This document shows, one piece after another, positions 35,628 to 44,660 of a stretch of 64,000 bases of DNA. The DNA lies in contig CAZILC010000007.1 in assembly GCA_964540055.1 (NCBI GenBank), positions 1,272 to 65,271 on the forward strand. Direction: 5' to 3'. Under the pieces are notes generated by a model. That model was not told where the DNA came from. It ran no database searches and saw only the letters and a list, made by a program, of their open reading frames with translations. The position numbers and the translations under genes were made by a program. The DNA is from an uncultured Gammaproteobacteria bacterium. GTDB lineage: Bacteria; Patescibacteriota; Microgenomatia; Levybacterales; UBA12049. How positions within the stretch are numbered: position 1 is the first letter of the stretch; the number at the start of each line of letters is the position of its first letter.

Positions 35628-36335
35628 ATGGGAATACTATATCTTGTGCCGACGCCGATAGGAAACCTTTCGGATATAACACTTAGAAGTTTGCGGACAT
35701 TGTTTAACGTTGATGTAATTGCATGTGAAGATACCCGCCGTACAGGTTTGCTCCTAGAAAAATTACTTAGTGAATTTTCCACAAATCCGGAAGACAAAAG
35801 AAAAGCGAAGCTACTTTCGTATTATGATCAAGTGGAATTGCAAAGAATTCCTGAGATTCTTACATTACTCAAAGCAGGAAAAGATATTGCTTTGGTTTCA
35901 GATGCAGGAACACCGGCGGTCTCAGATCCTGGATTCAAGCTTGTGCGAGAATGCATCAAGGAAGGCTTGCGTGTCGAATCATTGCCCGGTGCTTCATCAG
36001 TACTTACTGCATTGACAGTATCAGGTTTGCCTACAGATAAATTCTTATTCGTCGGCTATCCTCCGCATAAACCAGGGCATCGAATGGATTTTTTTAAAAA
36101 CATTAAGACAAGCTTGGAATCAATTACTTCAACAATAATATTCTTTGAAGCTCCTCATAAATTGTTGACTACATTATCAGATTTACAATCAGTGTTTGGT
36201 GATATAGACATTGTCATTGCTCGAGAGCTCACAAAAATGTATGAAGAGGTGAGAAGAGAAAAAATTTCAGATTCGCTCAAACATTTCAAAAAAACTCCTC
36301 CCAAAGGTGAATTTGTACTTCTTTTTCATCTGTAA
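35628..36335 (+). CDS. rsmI: 16S rRNA (cytidine1402-2'-O)-methyltransferase
   Basis: The ORF-track start (35613) is GTG inside the promoter. ATG at 35628 (MGILYLVPTPIGNLSDITLR...CEDTR) is the canonical RsmI N-terminus, 6 nt after TATAAT (35616-35621). Confidence 0.9.
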   Translation: MGILYLVPTPIGNLSDITLRSLRTLFNVDVIACEDTRRTGLLLEKLLSEFSTNPEDKRKAKLLSYYDQVELQRIPEILTLLKAGKDIALVSDAGTPAVSDPGFKLVRECIKEGLRVESLPGASSVLTALTVSGLPTDKFLFVGYPPHKPGHRMDFFKNIKTSLESITSTIIFFEAPHKLLTTLSDLQSVFGDIDIVIARELTKMYEEVRREKISDSLKHFKKTPPKGEFVLLFHL

Positions 36336-36393
36336 TGGGTTATAATACAAATCTGTTTGTCTTGTCCTGCCAATCTAAATAATTTATCACTAT

Positions 36394-37032
36394 ATGACCG
36401 CAGAAGTTGATAAATACAAAATTATTCTTGTTTCTGGATTTGATAATAATACAGATTTAGTTAGAAATGCACATGATGCAGCTGAATCGGCTTGGAATAA
36501 ATTAGGGATAGAAACTATTAGAATTGATCCTGATTATCCTAATGGAAGTTTAGACGAAGCAGTTGCAAAAATTAAAGCAGAAACTCAGGATGCTGTTGAT
36601 AATGGTTATAAAGTTACCAAAGTCGGTACCAGTGCAGGTGGTACTTTATTAACTGCAGAGAGGATCTTATCCAATGATCTTACTTCAAAAGCTGTTACTA
36701 TATGTTCAAGAACAGATCTGGAAAGTCCGCCTTCTGGTATTCCAGGCATAGTGTATCCAACAAGGGATGAGCTTTCAGTAAAAAGTCCAATGCTTGTTGC
36801 AGCAGCAGGATACGTACATGCTAATATGAATGCATATCGATTTACGGATACAAATACATTATGTATTACTGGAATGGGGAATGATGAATTAGTTCCGCCA
36901 AAATCAAGTATATTGCCCGGTGCACAAGTTTTCCATCTGGAGAGCGTTAAAGGACATAGGAAAATAATTGGTGCTGTGTTATATTTATCCCAACACACTG
37001 GAAGAATTGGGACATTTGCAAAAGCCGCTTAA
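36394..37032 (+). CDS. Alpha/beta-hydrolase-like protein (orphan)
   Basis: 212 aa. Ordered candidate triad: KIILVSGF (oxyanion region), VGTSAGG (GxSxG), GNDELVP (Asp), KGHRK (His). No closer family recognised. Confidence 0.5.
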   Translation: MTAEVDKYKIILVSGFDNNTDLVRNAHDAAESAWNKLGIETIRIDPDYPNGSLDEAVAKIKAETQDAVDNGYKVTKVGTSAGGTLLTAERILSNDLTSKAVTICSRTDLESPPSGIPGIVYPTRDELSVKSPMLVAAAGYVHANMNAYRFTDTNTLCITGMGNDELVPPKSSILPGAQVFHLESVKGHRKIIGAVLYLSQHTGRIGTFAKAA

Positions 37033-37100
37033 ACTAATATATTTAACACATTTGACTTCATATTAAAATTATAGGATAATGTCTCCCTTAATTTGAATTT

Positions 37101-37685
37101 ATGCCAAAAAAAGATCTCGTACCAGCATTATATGTTGCTTCTGATGGAGTATTTACCTTTGAAAACCAAGGGCGATGGGATTTATTGGGTTATGACATAC
37201 AAAGCCATAAAGCAAGAGAAGAAGCACTTGGGGATCCAAGGACAATTGCTACTGTTAAAAAATGGGTAAATGATCAATTGGGGAAAAATGAGGAAGCAGT
37301 TGTTATAGGAGCGAGGGAAGGTGGATATGCTGCTGTGAGGGCAGCAAGTGACCCTCGGGTAACTGCTGTAACTATCTATACTTCTTTTGACCCTGATGAT
37401 CCTCAAAATTCTTATAATGGAAAACTTGCAATGAAAGATATTATAGAGACGGCAAAGAGTAAACCTGGTATTGACGCAACAAATGTTATAACTTTAACAA
37501 ATGCAAATGCTTCATTTAGGCAAACATTGCCTGAAGGCTTTGTAGGTTCTACTGAACATAGATTAACCCCAGGATGGCAGGTTAGTACCGGACAATTAGT
37601 TCAAGTCGTATGGCATAAGCCCGTACTTGTTACTTTCATTGACCAAAACAGGCAGAAAAGAGGGATGCGAATGAGAAGAGGCTAA
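37101..37685 (+). CDS. Hypothetical protein (orphan), Arg-rich C-terminus
   Basis: 194 aa. VVIGAREGGYAA resembles a nucleophile elbow with Arg in place of Ser. Ends RQKRGMRMRRG. Promoter TTGACT-17-GATAAT lies 21 nt upstream. Stop overlaps the convergent gene by 4 nt. Confidence 0.5.
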   Translation: MPKKDLVPALYVASDGVFTFENQGRWDLLGYDIQSHKAREEALGDPRTIATVKKWVNDQLGKNEEAVVIGAREGGYAAVRAASDPRVTAVTIYTSFDPDDPQNSYNGKLAMKDIIETAKSKPGIDATNVITLTNANASFRQTLPEGFVGSTEHRLTPGWQVSTGQLVQVVWHKPVLVTFIDQNRQKRGMRMRRG

Positions 37686-38308
37686 ACTGTCAACTCGTGG
37701 TGGTTGCGGATTTCTTTGTGGGTTATTTCTCCGACTTCATTTATTTCATACAGATAAATTTCACCCGGTGCGATCTGCACATCACTGATGTCATCATCTG
37801 CGACATCTTCTAAAAATTTCACCAAGGCTCTGAGATTGTTTCCGGATCCAGCAATAATGATATTTTTGCTTGCTTTCAATTCAGGGAGGATTGCTGATTC
37901 ATAATATGGTATTTCGCGATCATAGACTTGTTTGAGTGATTCACCATTTGGTACGGGATACTCCCAACCGCGGCGGAGTTTTAAAAACTCGGCATCGCCT
38001 AATTTCTTTTTCACTTCCCATTTATTTTTTGCCGTAAAATCGCCATAATCCCGTTCTTTAAGTGCATTACTTACGGTAACTTTTATATTTGGCTGATTTA
38101 TTGTTTGGAGAATAATATCAAGCGTTTCTTTGTGTCTAGATAAATCGGAGATAAATCCTTCATCAAATTTGATGTCTTTGAGGTGTTCACCTGCTTCTTT
38201 TGCGTCTGCTTTGCCTTTATCGGTGAGTTCCGGATCATCCCAACCAGCCCAGAGTCCTTTTTCATTGTATGCTGATGTGCCGTGACGAACGAGTGCGAGA
38301 TATGCCAT
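37682..38308 (-). CDS. Histidine phosphatase family, 2,3-bisphosphoglycerate-dependent phosphoglycerate mutase-like
   Basis: 208 aa. LVRHGTSAYNEKGLWAGWDDPELT is close to the dPGM N-terminus. The distal His is not obvious, so activity and specificity are uncertain. Confidence 0.7.
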   Translation of the reverse strand: MAYLALVRHGTSAYNEKGLWAGWDDPELTDKGKADAKEAGEHLKDIKFDEGFISDLSRHKETLDIILQTINQPNIKVTVSNALKERDYGDFTAKNKWEVKKKLGDAEFLKLRRGWEYPVPNGESLKQVYDREIPYYESAILPELKASKNIIIAGSGNNLRALVKFLEDVADDDISDVQIAPGEIYLYEINEVGEITHKEIRNHHELTV

Positions 38309-38404
38309 AGATTTGTAGTAAGTATAAAGTATTACGTAGTTAGTATCAAGAAGAGTTTGAGACTATGAGTTTTTAATATTCAATCATTATGGTAAAATCC
38401 GTCC

Positions 38405-39211
38405 ATGCCGAAATTTGAAAGAGGATATGTGTCTCTCAGTCAAATTGATGGATTTGAACTTACTCAAGGGAGAGGGAGAGGAAAAAGATCGTTAATGATC
38501 ATTTCCAATATTCCAGATTATGAAATTGCGCCTGGAGTGGATATCAAAGACTCTATTAGAATAAAGCCGAAAAAAATTTTTCAATTAATGAGGGCTGGAG
38601 CTATGAGGAAGTTAACTATACTGGGAAGTGAAGGAAAATCTTCACAATATATGCCCGAAATTGCAGGCGAACCAGGTAGTGATGGAAGCGCATTAGCTGG
38701 AATGAAAGTGACAGAACAGATTGCTCCTGCTGCCAGCATTTATAGCATAGGAGATGAAAGTTTATTCCGACCCTTGTTTGATTCAACGGTTAGTGTTAAT
38801 TTAACAAAAATAAATGAGACGCTTTCTCCAAAAGGAGAACTACGGTCACCCGGGAGCTGGGCAAGAGAATTCAATCGGGCCATTAAGGATGGGCTTAGAA
38901 AAGTTGCATTAAAAAATGTTTTGCCTCATGGAAATATAGATGGAATGAGTAAAACGTTCGTTGATTTGTTTCAGGGTACCTGTGTGGCATTTGCAGGAAT
39001 AGCAACGATATCAGGGCCGGCTTCATTAAGAGAATATCTTACCTTATATGGGTTTGTTAATTTATTAACGACATGGGGTTTAATTACTGCAGACAGATCA
39101 CTTTCAAATACAGAAGCTGAAAAACCACGATTTTCTATCTTGCCGGGTAATCAACCTGAACGGGTTGGTATAATTTATGCTAGATCAAAGATAGGAAAAA
39201 TTGCAAAGTAG
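38405..39211 (+). CDS. Hypothetical protein (orphan)
   Basis: 268-aa ORF. Extended -10 TGgTAAAAT ends 6 nt before the ATG. C-terminal hydrophobic segments (VAFAGIATISG, LYGFVNLLTTWGLI). No family recognised. Confidence 0.6.
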   Translation: MPKFERGYVSLSQIDGFELTQGRGRGKRSLMIISNIPDYEIAPGVDIKDSIRIKPKKIFQLMRAGAMRKLTILGSEGKSSQYMPEIAGEPGSDGSALAGMKVTEQIAPAASIYSIGDESLFRPLFDSTVSVNLTKINETLSPKGELRSPGSWAREFNRAIKDGLRKVALKNVLPHGNIDGMSKTFVDLFQGTCVAFAGIATISGPASLREYLTLYGFVNLLTTWGLITADRSLSNTEAEKPRFSILPGNQPERVGIIYARSKIGKIAK

Positions 39212-39226
39212 CTTCAAAATGTACGA

Positions 39227-40420
39227 TTAATTGATTAGCCCTCCTTGATAAATCTCTCCTTTTCCGCCGTGAACAGTTATAATGTGGCCGTTTCGGAAGA
39301 TTTTGGTTGCGTTTTTGATGTTACTCACTGCAGGGATTCCCTGGCGTCTGAGTAAGGTTATTGTTTCTAGATGTGGGTGATTTTCGATGATAATTCCTCT
39401 AATTTTTTTGAGTTTCTCAAGTTGTTTAGTATTTAAATCCGGCATAACAACGACTGCGTGTGCTGAAAGAGGCGGATAACCTGTTTGATTGGATAGGATT
39501 GTTATCGTACCTGTCCCAATTGCAGGAGTAAGGCCTTTGCCTCGGGCGATGGGGAGTTTGGTTTGCTTTTGGGGTTTGGAAACTGGTAAATCTGAGATAG
39601 GTGAGATCGATTGAATATAGAGTGTGTTATCTTTAAGTACCCAGGAAATTTCTTGTGGATGATACAGATGTTCATCGACGCGTCTTGCCAATTTCGCAAT
39701 CGCAAGGATTTCTTCAAGTGTTAATTTATCAGAAAAATCCTTGTGTTTGAGCTTACGGTCGATGATCGTTAAATTCTTTTTTGACAGGATATATTCATCT
39801 TGCTCATGCGGATATTCGGTGACAATTACTAACTTATCTTTCGCGTGAGAACCGGGCTCAATGGTGAAAATCTTACCGGTTTTATCACCTTGTAGTTTTT
39901 TTCTGACAATAATTTCTGCTTTGGTATCAAAGTGATTGATATTTGCATGATGTCTGTGCCACATAGCATTTCCTGAATACATTTCAGACCACAAATTGAT
40001 AATCTCAGAAATAAGTCCTGCTTCAGAAGTGATCGTTTTTTTAGCATGTTTTCGGCTGTTTTTTCCGGTTTCATGCATTTCCATAGTCACGTCAGTTCCA
40101 AGGCGGAAATAAAAATCTTCCAATTCATCATATAAGTCATTGGAAAAAAGAGCCTGACGAAATAATTGTTTAATATGATGCTCTATCTGCATCAAGGAAT
40201 CAGATCTTTCAAAAGAAACAGTCGATAATAATTGTTTTATCTTGTGATCAAGCATGTTATCCAGCAGAAATGCTTGATACGCGTGAGGAGTAATTACGAA
40301 CCCCGGAACCAGCGGAAATTTTGCCTGCAGCATTCGGGCGCTTTGTTTGCTGTGAGGACTAAAATGTTCGGATTCCGAATCAATATCGGAAAGCCACATA
40401 ACTGAGCGGACAGAACTCAT
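39227..40420 (-). CDS. PEP/pyruvate-binding (PPDK_N-like ATP-grasp) plus PEP-utilizer mobile domain protein, no C-terminal TIM barrel
   Basis: 397 aa. N-terminus like PEP synthase/PPDK nucleotide-binding domains (FPLVPGFVITPHAY). C-terminus like the swivelling phosphohistidine domain (…RGIIIENHPHLETITLLRRQGIPAV…), but the canonical TSHAAI motif is not conserved. TATAAT ends 6 nt before the ATG. Confidence 0.65.
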   Translation of the reverse strand: MSSVRSVMWLSDIDSESEHFSPHSKQSARMLQAKFPLVPGFVITPHAYQAFLLDNMLDHKIKQLLSTVSFERSDSLMQIEHHIKQLFRQALFSNDLYDELEDFYFRLGTDVTMEMHETGKNSRKHAKKTITSEAGLISEIINLWSEMYSGNAMWHRHHANINHFDTKAEIIVRKKLQGDKTGKIFTIEPGSHAKDKLVIVTEYPHEQDEYILSKKNLTIIDRKLKHKDFSDKLTLEEILAIAKLARRVDEHLYHPQEISWVLKDNTLYIQSISPISDLPVSKPQKQTKLPIARGKGLTPAIGTGTITILSNQTGYPPLSAHAVVVMPDLNTKQLEKLKKIRGIIIENHPHLETITLLRRQGIPAVSNIKNATKIFRNGHIITVHGGKGEIYQGGLIN

Positions 40421-40474
40421 AGATTTATTATAATATATTTTGTTAGTTTGATTCTACCCTAATGCTGAGTCGGA

Positions 40475-40503
40475 TTGACAAGCTGGTAAAATCTTCGTAT
40501 AGT
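40475..40503 (+). promoter_or_regulatory. Sigma70-like promoter of the HPt-REC-pil operon
   Basis: TTGACA-17 nt-TATAGT, then 11 nt to the ATG at 40515. Confidence 0.6.
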
Positions 40504-40514
40504 AATGGTATCTT

Positions 40515-40916
40515 ATGCCATTAGTTCAGGAGGATCAACAGAAATACAAATCTCTGTATCTTCAAACTTCCCGCCAGCTTATTTTAGAACTAAAAGACAA
40601 TCTTACTAAATTGAGTTCGGGACAAGCATCAGAAGACATTTTGGATGATTCACATCGAACATTTCATTCTCTAAAAGGTCAAAGTGAAATGATGGAATTT
40701 CACGCAATTGGTACCTTATCTAGACTTTTGGAATATACCTTTGCTGCTAAAAAAGAAGGAAATCTGGATTTCACTAATGAAATTATAAAAAAAATGCAAG
40801 ATTCAGTTACAGCAATTGAAACGTGTCTTTTAGAAATTGAAAAAAATAATAAAGAAAGTGATTTGTCACAAGTTACCGAAGAAATGAAAAGTTTGGTTCC
40901 AAATGTAGAGATATAA
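40515..40916 (+). CDS. Stand-alone histidine phosphotransfer (HPt) domain protein
   Basis: 133 aa, all-helical. Phosphorylatable His in the classic context RTFHSLKGQSEMMEF (HxxKG). Confidence 0.75.
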   Translation: MPLVQEDQQKYKSLYLQTSRQLILELKDNLTKLSSGQASEDILDDSHRTFHSLKGQSEMMEFHAIGTLSRLLEYTFAAKKEGNLDFTNEIIKKMQDSVTAIETCLLEIEKNNKESDLSQVTEEMKSLVPNVEI

Positions 40917-40917
40917 T

Positions 40918-41283
40918 ATGAAATTATTACTTGTTGAAGACGATACATTTTTTCGAGAGTTCTATTCTTCAAAATTGAAGGAAAAGGGAATTGATGTTGT
41001 CACTGCGGAAAATGGGGAAGAGGGATTGGCACAATTACAGAAATTCGCGCCTGATCTAATTCTTTTGGATATCATCATGCCAAAGAAAGATGGATTTGAA
41101 GTGTTGACTGAGATGGGGAAAATGCAGTTATTGCCAAAAATTCCGGTGCTTGTCTTCTCAACGCTTGGTCAGGATAAAGATGTGGAAAAAGCACGAACTC
41201 TTGGCGCGCGTGGATATATCAATAAAAGTTTCTTCGATTTTGATAAGCTTTATGCCAGGATTCTCGAACTAGGTAAAAAATAA
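40918..41283 (+). CDS. Single-domain response regulator (CheY-like receiver)
   Basis: 121 aa. LLVEDD, phospho-acceptor region LILLDIIMPKKDG, conserved Ser/Thr and Lys (GYINKS). Starts 1 nt after the HPt stop. Confidence 0.9.
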   Translation: MKLLLVEDDTFFREFYSSKLKEKGIDVVTAENGEEGLAQLQKFAPDLILLDIIMPKKDGFEVLTEMGKMQLLPKIPVLVFSTLGQDKDVEKARTLGARGYINKSFFDFDKLYARILELGKK

Positions 41284-41360
41284 AAAGCCTCTTGCAGTGT
41301 GCCTCATATTGTGCAGTATAATAGATCCAGACGTTGTTTTAACGTTTCATAATCCTGCCT

Positions 41361-43046
41361 ATGTTGATAACGGATGAAGATATACAAAAGCTGCTTTTGA
41401 ATGTCAAAGTTGTTGATCAGAAGAAAATCGCTGAAGTTCTCGATTACGCAAAAAATTCCGATCTCAGCTTTCGGGATGCGTTAATTGAAAAAGATATTAT
41501 TACCGATGAAAATTTGGGCGTCCTCATAGCTGATGCGAGGAAAATTCCTTTTGTCGTCCTCTCAAAAATTTCGATTCCTGAAGAAGCATTCCGGATCATT
41601 CCGGAACGCCTTGCCCGTAAATACAAAGCAATTCCTTTTGCTCGTGACAAAAATGGGATAAAGGTTGCAATGAGTGATCCCACCAATGTATTGATCCCCG
41701 AGATGATTGCTCGTAAAACCGGTCAAAAAGTTTTTGCTTATCTTGCAACGGATCGGGATATTACCAATAAATTATTTCTCTATCGAAGAGACTTGCAAAA
41801 AACGTTTGATTCACTCGTTTCAGAGCAAGTAAGAAGTACTGGCAGAGTCTCCTCAATTGAAGCGCCAATCGCCAAAATTGTGCAACTTATCATTCAATAT
41901 GGATATCAAGACAGAGCTTCTGATATTCATATCGAGCCCGAAGAAAAAGATATGCTAGTGCGTTTCCGGGTTGATGGCATCCTGCATGATGTCTTGTTTC
42001 TCCCTGTCAAACTGCACGAACAGATCTCAACCCGTATTAAAGTTCTTTCAAGTCTTCGAACCGATGAACATATGTCACCCCAGGATGGGAAAATGCGTAT
42101 TGCGCTTGATGAAGAAAACTTGGATATCCGTGTTTCAATACTCCCAGTGCTTTATGGAGAAAAAATCGTCTTGCGTCTTCTTGCATCACACAACAGGCAG
42201 TTTTCTCTCACTGATTTGGGCATGACTGATAAAGATCTGCAAAAAGTGACAAATGCGTTTAAGAAATCCTTTGGCATGATTCTTTCAACAGGTCCAACAG
42301 GCTCTGGTAAATCCACGTCTATTTATTCAGTTTTAAAGATTATCAATACACGCGATAAAAATATTACGACAATTGAGGATCCGGTAGAGTACCGGCTTAA
42401 AGGCATAAATCAGATTCAGGTTAATGCGAAAACTAATTTAACGTTTGCCTCAGGTCTTCGTTCGATATTGCGTCAGGATCCAAACGTCATTCTCGTTGGA
42501 GAAATCCGAGATTCAGAAACAGCAGGAATTGCTGTTAACGCCGCACTGACGGGCCATTTGGTTCTTTCTACGCTTCACACAAATGATGCAGCCGGAGCAC
42601 TGCCACGTCTCACGGATATGAATGTAGAACCGTTTCTTGTCGCATCAACTGTCAATGTCATTATTGGGCAGAGGCTTGTGCGTAAGATCTGTGAGATGTG
42701 TAAATCGTCTCAGGATATTTCAATGGATCAGCTTATGCAAAATCTGCCTGCCGAAATGGTCAAGAAATATTTTGGCGTCAAAAAAGATGCAAGAGTATAT
42801 GTCGGTAAAGGCTGTGAAGTATGTCATTTTACCGGCTATTCCGGGCGTCTTGGTATTTTTGAAGTACTAGAAGTGACCAACAATATTAAAAAAATAATAT
42901 CTGAAAAAAATGACGCGGATGCGATTATCCAGCAAGCAGTTGCTGATGGCATGGATACCATGCTTGATGACGGATTGGGCAAAGTGATAAAAGGCGTCAC
43001 GACAATTGAAGAAGTTCTCAGAGTCACAAAGATCGAGGCATTATAG
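41361..43046 (+). CDS. pilB: Type IV pilus assembly ATPase (GspE/PilB family)
   Basis: 561 aa. N-terminal T2SS-E N-domain, Walker A GPTGSGKST, Asp/His boxes and a tetra-Cys motif (CEMC...CEVC). Confidence 0.9.
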   Translation: MLITDEDIQKLLLNVKVVDQKKIAEVLDYAKNSDLSFRDALIEKDIITDENLGVLIADARKIPFVVLSKISIPEEAFRIIPERLARKYKAIPFARDKNGIKVAMSDPTNVLIPEMIARKTGQKVFAYLATDRDITNKLFLYRRDLQKTFDSLVSEQVRSTGRVSSIEAPIAKIVQLIIQYGYQDRASDIHIEPEEKDMLVRFRVDGILHDVLFLPVKLHEQISTRIKVLSSLRTDEHMSPQDGKMRIALDEENLDIRVSILPVLYGEKIVLRLLASHNRQFSLTDLGMTDKDLQKVTNAFKKSFGMILSTGPTGSGKSTSIYSVLKIINTRDKNITTIEDPVEYRLKGINQIQVNAKTNLTFASGLRSILRQDPNVILVGEIRDSETAGIAVNAALTGHLVLSTLHTNDAAGALPRLTDMNVEPFLVASTVNVIIGQRLVRKICEMCKSSQDISMDQLMQNLPAEMVKKYFGVKKDARVYVGKGCEVCHFTGYSGRLGIFEVLEVTNNIKKIISEKNDADAIIQQAVADGMDTMLDDGLGKVIKGVTTIEEVLRVTKIEAL

Positions 43047-43048
43047 TT

Positions 43049-44146
43049 ATGAAACCAACAGTTCCCGCCAAACCCGTTCCGAAAGTTGTCAAGGTAGTTT
43101 ATAACACTACCATGTCCGCCAACGACAAAATAGCCCTCGTCAGCAATCTTCACACAATGCTTTCGTCCGGCATTCCGATCCTTGAAACGGTTGATTCACT
43201 TCTTGAAGATTCCAAAGGAGGAATGAAAAAACTGCTAGAAACAATGCGTCAGGATCTTCAGCAAGGACAACATCTGTACATAACATTCGGCAAATTTCCC
43301 AGAATCTTTGATAAAGTGACGATCAGTATCATTAAAGCTTCTGAGGAATCAGGAACACTTGATACTGCACTTGAAGATTTGCAGGCCAATATCCGTAAGG
43401 AAATTGAATTTAATGATAAAATCCGTGGCGCGCTTATTTACCCGGTATTTATTGTCTTCGTTTTCGCTCTCGTTATGATAGTTATTTTAGTCGTCGTTAT
43501 TCCAAGGATTGCAACCGTGTTTACTTCTTTGAATGTTACCCTTCCGTTGCCGACTAAAATTATGATTTTTATGTCAAATACACTTTTGCATTTTTGGTTC
43601 CTAATTTTACTTGTTGTTGCAGGTATCGGAGCAGGAATTTTCTATCTGGCCAGACAATACAGACTTGAATTTGTCCGCGCCATGACATCCTTGCCAGTTG
43701 TTTCATTACTTACACAACAAATTGATTTGACGCGATTTACCAGGAGTTTGTATTTGCTGTTAACTGCGGGTTTGCCGATAACGACTGCGTTGGAATTGAC
43801 TCAGGATGTGGTTATCAAGAAAAGTGTCAGTAATGCTATCAAGCACGCGAAAAATTATGTCTACAGCGGTAAAAAATTCTCCGAAGGTCTTAAAGATAGC
43901 AAAGGCGTTATCCCTCCGATCATGATCAAAATCATTGAAGCAGGGGAGCGAAGCGGATCTTTGGATAAATCTATGCTTGATGTTTCCGAATATCTTGATT
44001 ATCAAGTTTCTCAAACACTCAAAATGCTGACTGCTCTTATTGAACCGATCATGCTTGTCGGCGTTGGTATACTCGTAGGTGGCATGATGATGTCAATTAT
44101 TGCACCAATTTATCAGCTTATCGGTCAAGTCGGAGCGACACATTAA
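43049..44146 (+). CDS. pilC: Type IV pilus platform protein (GspF/PilC family)
   Basis: 365 aa. Two T2SS-F repeats with three TM segments. Starts 2 nt after pilB. Confidence 0.9.
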   Translation: MKPTVPAKPVPKVVKVVYNTTMSANDKIALVSNLHTMLSSGIPILETVDSLLEDSKGGMKKLLETMRQDLQQGQHLYITFGKFPRIFDKVTISIIKASEESGTLDTALEDLQANIRKEIEFNDKIRGALIYPVFIVFVFALVMIVILVVVIPRIATVFTSLNVTLPLPTKIMIFMSNTLLHFWFLILLVVAGIGAGIFYLARQYRLEFVRAMTSLPVVSLLTQQIDLTRFTRSLYLLLTAGLPITTALELTQDVVIKKSVSNAIKHAKNYVYSGKKFSEGLKDSKGVIPPIMIKIIEAGERSGSLDKSMLDVSEYLDYQVSQTLKMLTALIEPIMLVGVGILVGGMMMSIIAPIYQLIGQVGATH

Positions 44147-44169
44147 TGTTTATACATGAAAAATGAGAG

Positions 44170-44652
44170 ATGAGAAGTTTAAATTTGAAATTTCAAAAAG
44201 GTTTTACCGCAATTGAAGTCATTCTTGTTATAGGAATGCTTTTTATTCTTCTTGGGTTGATCTCTGTTAATTTATTTAAATTTCAAAATAAATCGCAGCT
44301 CTCAGCAATAGTTGGAAGTTTTCTTGCTGATTATAAAGAACAGCAAGTCAAGGCAATGTCAGGAGATAGTGAAAGCACCGGGATTGTTGCGAAATACGGC
44401 ATACATTTTGAAGCTTCAAGCTATACAGAATTTCGAAATGCTTATGGAACAAGTAATTTTACCGTTAGTTTGCCAACTGGTACGCAATTTAGCACTACCT
44501 TTCCAAGTTCACAAGTTGTCCTCCAAGCGGGAAGCGGGGAAGTTGAAAATTTTACCTCTGGTCAAAATACAATAACGATAACTGACACGGCCGATGGCGC
44601 TTCGAAAACAATAACGATAAATAGATATGGAGTAGTGACAAGCGTTAATTAA
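44170..44652 (+). CDS. Prepilin-type N-terminal cleavage/methylation domain protein (minor pilin)
   Basis: 160 aa. Class III signal MRSLNLKFQKG|FTAIEVILVIGMLFILLG with Glu at +5. Confidence 0.8.
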   Translation: MRSLNLKFQKGFTAIEVILVIGMLFILLGLISVNLFKFQNKSQLSAIVGSFLADYKEQQVKAMSGDSESTGIVAKYGIHFEASSYTEFRNAYGTSNFTVSLPTGTQFSTTFPSSQVVLQAGSGEVENFTSGQNTITITDTADGASKTITINRYGVVTSVN

Positions 44653-44660
44653 TAAGAGTC

